Below the pieces are notes generated by a model that had not been told where the DNA came from, made no database searches, and worked only from the letters and a program-made list of their open reading frames with translations. Both the position numbers and the translations under genes were made by a program. A DNA stretch of 44,788 nucleotides from a virus. Taxonomy: Duplodnaviria > Caudoviricetes. Where the stretch lies: positions 1 to 44,788 of the IMG/VR virus record IMGVR_UViG_3300020045_004347; one strand, 5' to 3'. Of the stretch, positions 9,503 to 18,587 are shown piece by piece; position 1 is the stretch's first letter, and every line of letters begins with the position of its first letter.

Positions 9503-10420
9503 TTAAACTCGGAACATTGCGTCCAAGTCTGGATCGAACGCTTCTTTATGTGCGACGTTTCCGTTAGCACGTCCGTTGTTGCTCTTTGTAGATGCAAATG
9601 CAGGAGGTAAAGGTTTACCTGCAGGAACTGCACCGGTCTGCACTTCTGCAGTTGGTTGCTTCAGCCCTAGCCTTTGTCGGCACTGGTTTGCGGTACTCTC
9701 AAAGATCTCACGGTACGTCTTCTGGGGGTTAGCTTTCTCTTCTGCGTCCATCGTCAGTCTTACGACATCCGCAAAAGGTTTCAGATCATTGTGCATCTCG
9801 TAGAAGGTAGTAACAAGTTTGTTAACCTGCACAGCCTTCGTGACCTCTCCCTTAATCAGCTCAGGGAGAGCTTGGAAAAGATTCTCAACCAAGGTTTGGT
9901 TTGATCTTTTGTAGGCCGCGTTAAGAAGCTCAGGCTTATCAATAACCTGATCGAGTTCATCCACACTCAGCAGCTCCCCGGTAAGGAGCGCTTGCAAGGC
10001 AGCGATTGGGTTTGCCGGAGACTGAGCCGGTTGTGTTACTGGCGCTACGGTGGTAACAGTCTCCGGCGCTGCTACAGCCTGTGCGGTTGGAAAGCTAACC
10101 TGTGCGGTGCCGGTTAGGCCTTGCTGCGCGAGTAAGCCAGACATCCTTACAATCTCAGCCCGGAGTTGATCCTCAACACTTACCGTAGGCTCTGCTGTGG
10201 TGGCTACTGGTGCTGTAGCTGCAGCGGCTACAGTAGGAGTAGTTTCCACCACGGGAGTCGTCTCGTCTCTTGGAGGAGTAACCTCCGTAGTCAAAGTAAC
10301 CTCTGGGTCTATTACCTCCGTGTGTGTTTCTTCCGGCGCAACCGTATCCGGCATAACCGCGTGGCTGAGCGTATCAAACATCGAGTTTATATCATCTACT
10401 ACACTGATTTCATCTGCCAT
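9503..10420 (-). CDS. Capsid scaffolding protein
   Basis: Acidic T/P/A-rich N-terminus and helical C-terminus; between portal and capsid. Confidence 0.75.
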   Translation of the reverse strand: MADEISVVDDINSMFDTLSHAVMPDTVAPEETHTEVIDPEVTLTTEVTPPRDETTPVVETTPTVAAAATAPVATTAEPTVSVEDQLRAEIVRMSGLLAQQGLTGTAQVSFPTAQAVAAPETVTTVAPVTQPAQSPANPIAALQALLTGELLSVDELDQVIDKPELLNAAYKRSNQTLVENLFQALPELIKGEVTKAVQVNKLVTTFYEMHNDLKPFADVVRLTMDAEEKANPQKTYREIFESTANQCRQRLGLKQPTAEVQTGAVPAGKPLPPAFASTKSNNGRANGNVAHKEAFDPDLDAMFRV

Positions 10421-10422
10421 AA

Positions 10423-10732
10423 CTATTCTCCTTGATCATTATTAGTTTTATTCTGGTTTTGCTGACTAAGACGTAAGTCAGTCATGATTGCTTTTGGTAG
10501 TGTTAAAACATACTCCAACTCATTAAGGCGCGCTCTAATGTTATCGTCACTCCAGAGCTCATCACCGTACCTCAAGTTCCCCATCAGCACGGCATCTCTC
10601 AGCTTAAGCTCATCTTCAATAACCCTCCAACAAGGATTCTGCTGAAACTCTTCCCATGAGGCAACACTAGTCCCCTCCGCGTTAAGCCCCTGCACCTCCC
10701 ATCGCGAGAGCTTCAGTAACAGGGACAACATT
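10423..10732 (-). CDS. Small head-associated protein (start codon uncertain)
   Basis: FQQNPCWRVIEDEL..IRARLNELEYVLTLP helical pattern typical of the post-portal gene. Confidence 0.6.
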
Positions 10733-12688
10733 ACCTTGACGAGCTTGTTCGGCAACATCTTGCGTAGGCATAGTAGTAAAATTCGGACCACCTCCAGTTT
10801 GGCGTACAAAGTCATTCACGTTCTTTGCCCCATGCATCCGCGCCATCTGCATGAAGATCCTAACTACATCGAACTTCTGCGCGAGCTCGGGATTTGCGCT
10901 AATAGCTTGGAAACTCTTCGTCCAGAAGTCGCTGGTGTTGGCGTCTGCCGTAGGGGTCTGCGAGTCCTTAAACTCAATATCGTAGTCAGCAATTATGCTA
11001 AAAGGATCTGCTTTTACGTTGCTCCCGTAGGTCATTCCAGCCTTACCAAACTCCTCCACTAGCGTCTGTGGCCAATCCCCAACCGCCTTAACGTAAGTTT
11101 CCTGGCTCATGAATTGCTGAGTATGTGAAGCATACATATACCCGAGGTCTTGCATATACTGCTTGATCGTGAGAAAGCCAATCTTATCAACCCGACTGAC
11201 TGCACTATTGAAAGTACCTGTAAACTCCGCAGCAGTTACACGCTCACCAGAGTTCCTCTGTTTCCCTTGCATAGGGTCACTAGCGCCTGTAGTGCGCCCC
11301 ATCATATCCATGATCGCCGAGGCATCTACCATATTTGCTCTAGTGATGTCGTTAACCTGCAACTGCTTAACCGCCCCTTCCACACCTTTACCCCAAGCAC
11401 TCCGCCTCATGCGTATCAATTTGCCTGGCTCAGGGTTCTGCAGATCCTCCATGTTGATAAGTGAAGGATCAACAATCAGCATATCATTGATGGCCTTCCT
11501 GACGTTGGTAACGTGACTGTTAAACATCCAGTTAAGTGTCGTCTGTAGGCCTGAGACCATCTCCAGCCTTGAGACCGGCGTAATCGAGTACCCATCATAG
11601 TCAGGTGCAATAGTAAGTACCGGAAACATATTATGGTTAAGGCCTAACGGAAGTGCCCTAACCACTAGGTTATCATTCGCCAGCGTGAAAAGCCACTTCT
11701 CAGGATACTCCCCGTTCTCGTTAGATGGGTCAGCACTCTTCAATCCCCAATCTTTTGGGATAACAGTTGCGTACATGTTGGTTAGGCATATCTGACTCGT
11801 AGTGTTGTTTAAGTCCGTGTTACCTTTGTTATCCATCCGGCTGGAATTGTCAGTTCCATACTTAGAAATCTTCCCGTTAAAAGGGGCGTCCTTCAAGTAC
11901 TTGACGTTAAAGTAAACCTCACCACCCTGCTCGTCCGTGAGAAGCTTATTCAGTGAGACAAACTCAATCCAACCTACAGCATCCATTCCCTGAACATTGT
12001 GGATAGAAGTGTTGGGGTCCGGCAAGAAACGGTAAGGATCAATCGTAACTATCTCGTTACCCTCAAACAGTAGTGCATCCTCATTACTCTTGATCTTGTT
12101 CGAACCTAGGAGGGCGCCGAATGCACTGTAGTTTGGTTGCTCTCTTACGACTGGCTTCTTCCCATACTTACGACTCCACACAACAGTGGCAGCGCCGAAC
12201 CCGTAAGATAGGCCATCTCTCCAGTTAGTGTGGATATCCAGCACAGCCTTATAACGACGTGCTTGTTGGTTGCAAACCAACTCGAGTAGCTTCGCCCCGA
12301 TGGCGTCCTGAGGTGCGTTACCGTCAAAGAAGAAGAGTTGATCCGTCAGGTACTGCCGAACCAAGTAGGCGAGCATAGTCTCAAGTATGGAGTAAGAGTA
12401 CGGCACTACAATCGAAACCGGCTTAGTGCTATTCTTCTGCTTAACTAACTTCTCTGCCTCCGACGTAGGGATATAGCACTTCAGGGTGTCATCAATCCCC
12501 CTCCAAGTAGAATGCCTCCGAGACATAACAGCCCAACTTGCATCTGCGAGTCGCCCAACCTCCTGCACGATTTTCTGGTGCAACTTAGAGTTCGGCTTAA
12601 GGTCCATACCCAGCGGGTACGAGTCGGAGTAACCCCGATCACCTACTGTAAAACTCTGTGTAGTTGCTCCCTGTATAACTGAGGGCAT
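10682..12688 (-). CDS. Portal protein
   Basis: 668 aa; VVPYSYSILET, GLSYGFG, IDPYRFLPDP, PGKLIR and GERVTAAE motifs. Confidence 0.88.
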   Translation of the reverse strand: MPSVIQGATTQSFTVGDRGYSDSYPLGMDLKPNSKLHQKIVQEVGRLADASWAVMSRRHSTWRGIDDTLKCYIPTSEAEKLVKQKNSTKPVSIVVPYSYSILETMLAYLVRQYLTDQLFFFDGNAPQDAIGAKLLELVCNQQARRYKAVLDIHTNWRDGLSYGFGAATVVWSRKYGKKPVVREQPNYSAFGALLGSNKIKSNEDALLFEGNEIVTIDPYRFLPDPNTSIHNVQGMDAVGWIEFVSLNKLLTDEQGGEVYFNVKYLKDAPFNGKISKYGTDNSSRMDNKGNTDLNNTTSQICLTNMYATVIPKDWGLKSADPSNENGEYPEKWLFTLANDNLVVRALPLGLNHNMFPVLTIAPDYDGYSITPVSRLEMVSGLQTTLNWMFNSHVTNVRKAINDMLIVDPSLINMEDLQNPEPGKLIRMRRSAWGKGVEGAVKQLQVNDITRANMVDASAIMDMMGRTTGASDPMQGKQRNSGERVTAAEFTGTFNSAVSRVDKIGFLTIKQYMQDLGYMYASHTQQFMSQETYVKAVGDWPQTLVEEFGKAGMTYGSNVKADPFSIIADYDIEFKDSQTPTADANTSDFWTKSFQAISANPELAQKFDVVRIFMQMARMHGAKNVNDFVRQTGGGPNFTTMPTQDVAEQARQGNVVPVTEALAMGGAGA

Positions 12689-12702
12689 CGTAAACTCCCG
12701 TA

Positions 12703-12731
12703 CTAAACGTGCGATTTTTGCATATTAACTA
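12703..12731 (+). promoter_or_regulatory. Dispersed operator-like motif copy
   Basis: CTAAAC GTGCGATTTTTGCAT ATTAACTA. Confidence 0.7.
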
Positions 12732-12744
12732 GAGACGCTAAGCA

Positions 12745-12906
12745 CTACTTAACGTCGAATCTCATATCTACAGAAGCTCCGGTAAAGAGCGCCCGTTCCC
12801 CATTATCATACTCTGTATGGCCTACAGAAGTCTTAACATTATACCCAGTTAAAGTTCCGCAAGCACTTAGGAGCATAGCCACACCTAAGACAAGTAGCAG
12901 TTTCAT
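12745..12906 (-). CDS. Small lipoprotein, possible spanin component (not in ORF track)
   Basis: MKLLLVLGVAMLLSAC lipobox; 53 aa; directly after the endolysin. Confidence 0.7.
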   Translation of the reverse strand: MKLLLVLGVAMLLSACGTLTGYNVKTSVGHTEYDNGERALFTGASVDMRFDVK

Positions 12907-12924
12907 CCTTGTAAAATCTCCCTA

Positions 12925-13380
12925 CTATTTAGTATCTTTCGCCCAGCGATAACCCAGTACTTCATAGGAAGTGAGGCCAAAACTGCTAACCTTCACAGAG
13001 TCAGACTGATTACCGCCGAGCAGGAAAATCCTCCCGCCTTCCAGCTTCTGAAAGAACGCTACATGGTTACCGCTACTTGAACCGGTTTCCTTATCAGCGC
13101 CTTTAATCTTCTGCCTTAGCACAACCACGCAACCTTCGCGTGGCTCCTCAAGAGCAACACCCCACTTAAGCCAGCTAATAGCCGCCGCGCTATTCGTTCC
13201 AAGCACGCCTGCCCGCTTAACACACCAGTTCACAAAAGCTGAACACCACGGCACTTCGTCTTCCTTAGCGCAGAGTGTAGTCGTGGCGTGGCATTCCAGG
13301 ATGAAGGCGTTCTCACCACCTTTAACCTCATGTTGCCCTATCTTTTCCTTCGCAAGTTCATACCATCTCGGCAGTGCCAT
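12925..13380 (-). CDS. Endolysin, TIGR02594-family NlpC/P60-CHAP-like peptidase
   Basis: DEVPWCSAFVNWC, GNHVAFF and LGGNQSDSV motifs. Confidence 0.85.
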   Translation of the reverse strand: MALPRWYELAKEKIGQHEVKGGENAFILECHATTTLCAKEDEVPWCSAFVNWCVKRAGVLGTNSAAAISWLKWGVALEEPREGCVVVLRQKIKGADKETGSSSGNHVAFFQKLEGGRIFLLGGNQSDSVKVSSFGLTSYEVLGYRWAKDTK

Positions 13381-13390
13381 AACCTACTCC

Positions 13391-13705
13391 TTATTCACTT
13401 AGTTTAGCGCCATCGATGCGATTCTTAGGGGCAGCGGCCGTGTCCTTTACTCTCGTGTGAATATACGTCTTATGCTCCCCAAGCAACTCATGAAACTTAT
13501 CCGAGAGATCATTATGCTTCTCATAGAGATCCTTAATAGCCTCTATGTGCTGCTTCGCGCTCTCGTTGATGTTGTTAACAGCTTCCACTAGCTTCGGTAG
13601 AATCTCTTGATGCTTCTCCACCTTATCCACAACCCGCACCGCTATGAAGATAACCGCACCTAGGTTACACGCAATCGCTACTATAGAGTCAGTCGACATA
13701 GCCAT
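13391..13705 (-). CDS. Membrane-anchored coiled-coil protein, holin-like
   Basis: One N-terminal TM segment then a coiled coil; upstream of the endolysin. Confidence 0.55.
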   Translation of the reverse strand: MAMSTDSIVAIACNLGAVIFIAVRVVDKVEKHQEILPKLVEAVNNINESAKQHIEAIKDLYEKHNDLSDKFHELLGEHKTYIHTRVKDTAAAPKNRIDGAKLSE

Positions 13706-15300
13706 TAGCAAGTCTCCCAGTTTTTGAATTGCCCTTCTTGTTTATCCTCGAGGAGCAGCTGTGCGTACTCCGCTTCCTCTGTCCAATCAACACCCTTCTC
13801 CAGCTCTATAACAGGCCGACTGAACACTCTGTTGCCGAGATCGAACATCTTGATCATATGACTCTCTACGTCCATAGCATCCCAGTACTTTGATCGGGGA
13901 AAACCTAGGAGCTGCGTCTCTAGTGGGCCCTTAACATGGTCAGCGGAGTTGTGATAAATATTTCCCATGCGATAGAAAGGAGCAAGTCCTCGGATTCTGT
14001 CCTCTTTATCACCTGTGGCTTTGATCTCAACGAGTTCGTAGAACCGCTTCCGCTTGGTGGTGATGTACTGCTGGAAAGGGAACATAATGTAGTCTTCAAT
14101 ACCAGTTACCTCAACTCCAATTACGTTAGTCCCTAGCGTGTCAGCCATATCGCAGGCTTTCTCGAAGAGGTCATCCACCACCAGCTTCTCATTAACGAGA
14201 TCCCTTATGTAGATCTTCGCGAGTTTCGCATTGAAGGTAATGCCCATGATGGCGGCTTTCGCACCGTCGCCCTTCTTCTTCTTACATGGATCAATCAGCA
14301 CTACGGTCTCGCAACCTTGTAGTTCGTCTTTTATAACTGGATCACTCTCACTATAGTACTTGAAGAAAGAGTCTTGAAAGGTCGCATTCTCAGTTGCGAT
14401 AACAATATTCCTGAACTCCATGAAGAAGACGTCGAGTTGGCCACGAGCTTTGTAAGCTGCTGCCCTAGCTCTGATAGCCGCCGTACTGAGGAACTCCGGC
14501 CACCTACTCTCATAGAGATCATTACAAGCTTCGAGCCGGAGGTTATAGAACTTTTCCCGAGTCTCCAGAATGTGTTTCGCGGCATCGTCTAACCCAAACT
14601 CATCTACGTTGATTGACTCTCTCTCCTCGATGAGATTGGCGAGCAGTGAATCTTGATGAACAATGGTGCCAATAAGGATAAGACGCGAAGTGCTAAGCTC
14701 AGAGTTATCCATCGCACCCATAAGGTCAGAGAAAAACCACTCCTTAAGAGCTGCTCTAATCTTCTCATTCTTACTTTCGTCCTTATCCTCAAGATCATCG
14801 ACAATGAACAGGTCAGGGCGGAACTCTCTCCACTTAAGTCCTCGCACCTGGGAACCAGCACCCCTAGCTTGGATAAAGCAGAAAGGGCCATTCTCGTCAC
14901 TAAGCTCGATTTCACCAGTTTCCTCCGCCCACTTCACCCCCTTAAGGTTCCCGAACAGTTCCTTTATAAGGGGGTTATACTGGAGTTCTTGTGCTAGAAT
15001 CTTAACTTTCTTAGCTGCCTCACTTACGCTACTGGATACGTACACGATGTAGTGGACGTGGCGAAAGAGCGCTAGGCGCGCTGGGTACCCGAGGCCGATG
15101 ATGGTGGTCTTGCCGAATCCTCGAGGAGCCGCCAGACACACCAGACGATGCTCGGGGTTATCAAGGAACGAGAAGATATCAAAGTGAATCGGACAGAATG
15201 GCCTACTAATGTGGTGGTTGAAGAGCGTTGAGAGCGTATGCGCAGTGCTGTCAATGCACGGCAAGATCAGTTCATCTATTTCCTCTGGACGAAAGTGCAC
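13705..15300 (-). CDS. terL: Terminase large subunit
   Basis: APRGFGKTT Walker A, FIVDDLED Walker B, LIGT, VLIDP and WDAMD nuclease motifs. Confidence 0.93.
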   Translation of the reverse strand: MHFRPEEIDELILPCIDSTAHTLSTLFNHHISRPFCPIHFDIFSFLDNPEHRLVCLAAPRGFGKTTIIGLGYPARLALFRHVHYIVYVSSSVSEAAKKVKILAQELQYNPLIKELFGNLKGVKWAEETGEIELSDENGPFCFIQARGAGSQVRGLKWREFRPDLFIVDDLEDKDESKNEKIRAALKEWFFSDLMGAMDNSELSTSRLILIGTIVHQDSLLANLIEERESINVDEFGLDDAAKHILETREKFYNLRLEACNDLYESRWPEFLSTAAIRARAAAYKARGQLDVFFMEFRNIVIATENATFQDSFFKYYSESDPVIKDELQGCETVVLIDPCKKKKGDGAKAAIMGITFNAKLAKIYIRDLVNEKLVVDDLFEKACDMADTLGTNVIGVEVTGIEDYIMFPFQQYITTKRKRFYELVEIKATGDKEDRIRGLAPFYRMGNIYHNSADHVKGPLETQLLGFPRSKYWDAMDVESHMIKMFDLGNRVFSRPVIELEKGVDWTEEAEYAQLLLEDKQEGQFKNWETC

Positions 15301-15303
15301 TAC

Positions 15304-15495
15304 CTAGAACTGCCCAGACTGCGGCCGCCCAGTAAAGAAGCCTAAAATGGCAACGACTGCGGCCAGCACTAACTGCGCGATACCTTGGTTATTGAGCGAG
15401 GCGCCTTGAGATGCCTCCATAACAGGCTGAGCTGCGGTGGCAACTGCACCTAGCACACCCGCTATAGTTGTAACTACATCCTTATTAACTGACAT
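15304..15495 (-). CDS. Small two-TM membrane protein (holin-like)
   Basis: 63 aa with two hydrophobic segments; GGGAG SD. Confidence 0.6.
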   Translation of the reverse strand: MSVNKDVVTTIAGVLGAVATAAQPVMEASQGASLNNQGIAQLVLAAVVAILGFFTGRPQSGQF

Positions 15496-15507
15496 GTGAG
15501 TCTCCCT

Positions 15508-15735
15508 TTAGTTTCCCTGCGTTGAGTAACCAGCAAAAACGCCCATAGCCGCGACGCGTTCCCGTATCTCCGTGAGTGCCGCTGCGTTCTTTGTAGCCTG
15601 CTGGCCATAACCGAGCGTTGCATCAGCGGGGGTAGGGAGTGGCTTACTCCACGTCATCGTCCCTGCGTAGGCGAACGTAATAGCAGCCAGTAAAATCAAT
15701 GATGTAGCAACCAATACCATCTTAAGATGTTCCAT
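15508..15735 (-). CDS. Small protein with signal-peptide-like leader
   Basis: MEHLKMVLVATSLILLAAITFAYA; AAGGAG SD. Confidence 0.6.
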   Translation of the reverse strand: MEHLKMVLVATSLILLAAITFAYAGTMTWSKPLPTPADATLGYGQQATKNAAALTEIRERVAAMGVFAGYSTQGN

Positions 15736-15818
15736 CTTAGTTCTCCTTTTCGCCGGTATTCCTACAAATTCGGTGCCTTGCCACACAGGCCGGCTTGCCT
15801 ATGCTTACGAGGCGTGAG

Positions 15819-16457
15819 TTACTTAGTTCTTAACTGCCGCGAACCTAGGCTATCTACCTCGTAGTGGTAGTCAAAAGAAATTGCCAACGCGTCTGCGGCA
15901 TAGGTATCACTATCTGTGGAACTGGCTACTCTAGTTAGCTTGAACACTACCAAAGAAGAAAGTGCGACATTTAACTCCAATAAACCAAAATCAGTTACTA
16001 AACTACGTGCAGCTGTGTTGTTATCAATAGTCGTGTCGATTGGTACAGATACATCCAATCCAACTTGCACATACGGACCAAAGTCTCCGCCGCGCGGCGC
16101 GCTCTTAGCCTCCAATCGCCAAGTTACATTCCCGACCGCGTTAGAGGTTTTGCGCCAATGTATATGAGGATTAAGATTACGCACTCCCTGTGTCGCGTCA
16201 TGATTTATCTGGCAAACTATAACTGCTACATTATCTATCGAACCTCCGGCAAACAACCATCCCTCGCCTGCCGGGTCTATCGTAGGTGCTTGCGCAAGCC
16301 CGACTGGGTTAATCCCAGCTAGGATATTCACATCATCCTTAAAGTAGGTTCTATCCAGGTAAGTACGTAACTCCACAAGAACTAGCCGTAGCATCTCGGC
16401 TTGGATGTTCTGCTCGGAGGCCGTATATACAGTTGGTATTGCGTATTGCCATTCCAT
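15819..16457 (-). CDS. Beta-sandwich virion-associated protein
   Basis: 212 aa; PHIHW..GNVTWRLE..DTYAADA..DYHYE pattern. Confidence 0.6.
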   Translation of the reverse strand: MEWQYAIPTVYTASEQNIQAEMLRLVLVELRTYLDRTYFKDDVNILAGINPVGLAQAPTIDPAGEGWLFAGGSIDNVAVIVCQINHDATQGVRNLNPHIHWRKTSNAVGNVTWRLEAKSAPRGGDFGPYVQVGLDVSVPIDTTIDNNTAARSLVTDFGLLELNVALSSLVVFKLTRVASSTDSDTYAADALAISFDYHYEVDSLGSRQLRTK

Positions 16458-16477
16458 ATAGATACTCCAGCACTTAA

Positions 16478-16963
16478 CTAGGCGTAAGACGCCTCTATAA
16501 CTGGTATGTGCGTGAGACTCTTGAGCTTGTCTTCCCGAAGCGCCTTCAGCTCCTCTATCCGACTTGATGTGAGGTGGTGAGTAACTTCCTGCCGAACTGT
16601 GCTTACCTTCCCGTGGCCCTCACGGTCGAGCAAATCCATAGCGGCCTTGGCTTGCAGGGAGATGTGCGCCGGAGTTGTACCGTCCACGATATTCACTAGT
16701 AACTGTGCTCCGCTTTCTGCCCCCTTCTTAATAAGGGCATTGATGTCAACTGCGCGTTCCTCGCGACGAGTGCATAGGGAGGCCAGATACTGCTTGAAGA
16801 CTGGGGAGTTACAGATGATCGACATCCTGCCTGGGGTCATATCGTAGTCGCGGGCGATGTCGATCTGCCTGTGGCCGGCGATCAGCCTGCGCGCGATCTC
16901 TTTCTGCCTCTCCCATAGATGGGTAATCGGCTGCTTTGGGACAGACCTTGTAGGGTGACGCAT
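16478..16963 (-). CDS. Putative terminase small subunit (HTH)
   Basis: RQIDIARDYDMTPGRMSII HTH; AAMDLLDREG; first gene of the late arm. Confidence 0.6.
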   Translation of the reverse strand: MRHPTRSVPKQPITHLWERQKEIARRLIAGHRQIDIARDYDMTPGRMSIICNSPVFKQYLASLCTRREERAVDINALIKKGAESGAQLLVNIVDGTTPAHISLQAKAAMDLLDREGHGKVSTVRQEVTHHLTSSRIEELKALREDKLKSLTHIPVIEASYA

Positions 16964-17006
16964 GGTTGCTTCTCCAGTTGGGTGCGGCGCATTCAAACTA
17001 TGATAC

Positions 17007-17035
17007 ATAATGGCATACCCTAAGAGAAATGTCAA
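17007..17035 (-). promoter_or_regulatory. Sigma70-like promoter for the structural arm
   Basis: TTGACA-17 nt-CATTAT with TG extension. Confidence 0.55.
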
Positions 17036-17315
17036 TAGGTTTGTTGGGGATAGTACAAGAGAAAGTGAGATTGCACAATTAGTGCCTCAGTGCGACGATA
17101 ATACACCTGTAGGCGGTAGGGATGCAAACTACGAGACTACCGTTATAGTTGTCGTGCGAAACTTGCACAATCTAACTATAAGACCCGCGCCACAGAGGGT
17201 AATTGTGGGATTACTAATCTTTGCAAAAAAGCTCGAGATCGTTGTCTGGCCGTCCGCCCGCCGTGGTTCCCCGTGCCTAGGGGGGTCTTCGGCCATTTGA
17301 GGCGTCAGCGCCGCT

Positions 17316-17331
17316 TGGCATGTGCCGTGCA
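17316..17331 (+). promoter_or_regulatory. Sigma54-like promoter candidate for the early arm
   Basis: TGGCAT-N5-GTGCA with exact GG-N10-GC spacing. Confidence 0.45.
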
Positions 17332-17395
17332 ACATATAAGGTATGACAACGGGCACCACCATCACAATGGTGTGAGCCATCCGTCCACCGCCAAA

Positions 17396-17407
17396 GTTCT
17401 TTGATAA
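17396..17407 (+). promoter_or_regulatory. boxA-like antitermination element
   Basis: GTTCTTTGATAA preceded by hairpin CACCAT-CACA-ATGGTG (17357-17372). Confidence 0.4.
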
Positions 17408-17489
17408 CCGTAGCTCCCAGCCCGCAACAAGACCGGTTCGCCACCATCGTATGGAGCGTGTTATTCGGGGCGGCTCATGGGGGTAAACA

Positions 17490-17768
17490 TCGGATATACA
17501 TTTGAATATGCCGCCATGTTTAAAGGAGACTTTACACATGAAGACAATTTCAAAACAAGATATCGTTTTACTCGCCGAATTAGAAAACGAATACAATGCA
17601 ATTTTCGACCGCGCCGTATATGATAATGAAATGTATTTGAAGTGGGTACAGAAATATAACACGCTCTTGTTGCGTTATGAGTTACCGCTCGACACCACAT
17701 TCGACGAATTTTCCGCACTTATGACTAAATAAACCATAATATGGCGGTATACTCAAGTGTATATCCGA
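17490..17768 (+). repeat. 31 nt inverted repeat pair (17490-17520/17738-17768) enclosing one ORF
   Basis: 27/31 Watson-Crick pairs, 3 G-U, 1 A-C. Confidence 0.92.
17538..17732 (+). CDS. Small acidic early protein
   Basis: AAGGAG SD; 64 aa; AT-rich. Confidence 0.75.
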   Translation: MKTISKQDIVLLAELENEYNAIFDRAVYDNEMYLKWVQKYNTLLLRYELPLDTTFDEFSALMTK

Positions 17769-17815
17769 ATGACGCTAATCGGTGGGATTGCGCGAGCCGG
17801 TTAGCGCCAGGGGAT

Positions 17816-18332
17816 GTCAAGTCCCGCAATAGACCTCTCTCCTTTACGGTAGTTATTCCAACAACCAATAAGGAGGCAGGACCATGGAACTTACAACAAT
17901 AGAAGTGACGTTTGCGAAAAGGACAGAAGCACAAGTACAGGCGAAAATGGCAACCAGCCACGCCGATGTGCCGAAGGTGACGGCGACCCTCGACTTCAGC
18001 GAGCTCTCTGAGCTTGAGGTGCTACAATGGGCTCAACGAGGGGTTATAATCAGTATGCAGAGTAAGCTCGACAGCGGTACGATTACGCTAGCCAGCCTGT
18101 CCGGTAAGGTTATCAAAGTGCCAAAGCCGGGGGATAGGAAGCGCCTGTCCGACACGGACAAGATCAAGAAGATGGTTGCAACGATACTGGGCGTCGATGT
18201 GAAGGATATAACGCCGGAGCAACTGGCCGCAGTGCTGGGGAAGGCAATGGGCGGTGCTACGCCCGACAACGGCGAAGAGTAACACAGAACCACGAGGCCA
18301 CGAGTGGAGAGAGGTCGATTGAGGGACTTGAC
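17816..18332 (+). repeat. 27 nt inverted repeat pair (17816-17842/18306-18332) enclosing one ORF
   Basis: 25/27 Watson-Crick pairs; G-A and A-G mismatches flank a 4 bp helix. Confidence 0.92.
17884..18282 (+). CDS. Early protein, paralog of 23546..24004
   Basis: AAGGAGG SD; shared TIEV, KPG..R.R.S..DKIKK and EQ/DQ.AA motifs. Confidence 0.8.
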   Translation: MELTTIEVTFAKRTEAQVQAKMATSHADVPKVTATLDFSELSELEVLQWAQRGVIISMQSKLDSGTITLASLSGKVIKVPKPGDRKRLSDTDKIKKMVATILGVDVKDITPEQLAAVLGKAMGGATPDNGEE

Positions 18333-18339
18333 GACGGAC

Positions 18340-18587
18340 GTTCAATAGGTTGGTAGAGGTTCGGTCTACACGAAAGGAGGCCGGACTATGGCAAAGGAAA
18401 TAGTAACATTCACAGTAAGCATTGAAGTAGATACAGAAGAAGAGAATAGTGGTGCTAGTTGGTATGAGATGTTCCTTTCGGAATTAGAATATCAGATGGC
18501 GGAGAAAGGTTACGCCATACACGATACTTATTACGATGTAGAAGAAAACTAACCAAACCAGACCGAGCCTGTATCAACCTATTGAGC
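18340..18587 (+). repeat. 28 nt inverted repeat pair (18340-18367/18560-18587) enclosing one ORF
   Basis: 24/28 Watson-Crick pairs, 3 G-U, 1 G-G. Confidence 0.92.
18388..18552 (+). CDS. Small, very acidic early protein (54 aa, not in ORF track)
   Basis: AAGGAGG SD; MAKEIVTFTVSIEVDTEEENSG...YYDVEEN. Confidence 0.8.
   Translation: MAKEIVTFTVSIEVDTEEENSGASWYEMFLSELEYQMAEKGYAIHDTYYDVEEN

Noticed and set aside
17129-17961. Minus-strand ORFs 17129..17662, 17461..17718 and 17725..17961, and other antisense ORFs in the track
   Set aside because: No SD or recognisable motifs, and they overlap better-supported genes or regulatory DNA on the opposite strand.
17490-18587. Inverted repeats as IS/MITE ends or integron attC sites
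   Set aside because: No transposase, recombinase or target duplications. The arms are unrelated between units, and the G-U bias points to RNA pairing.
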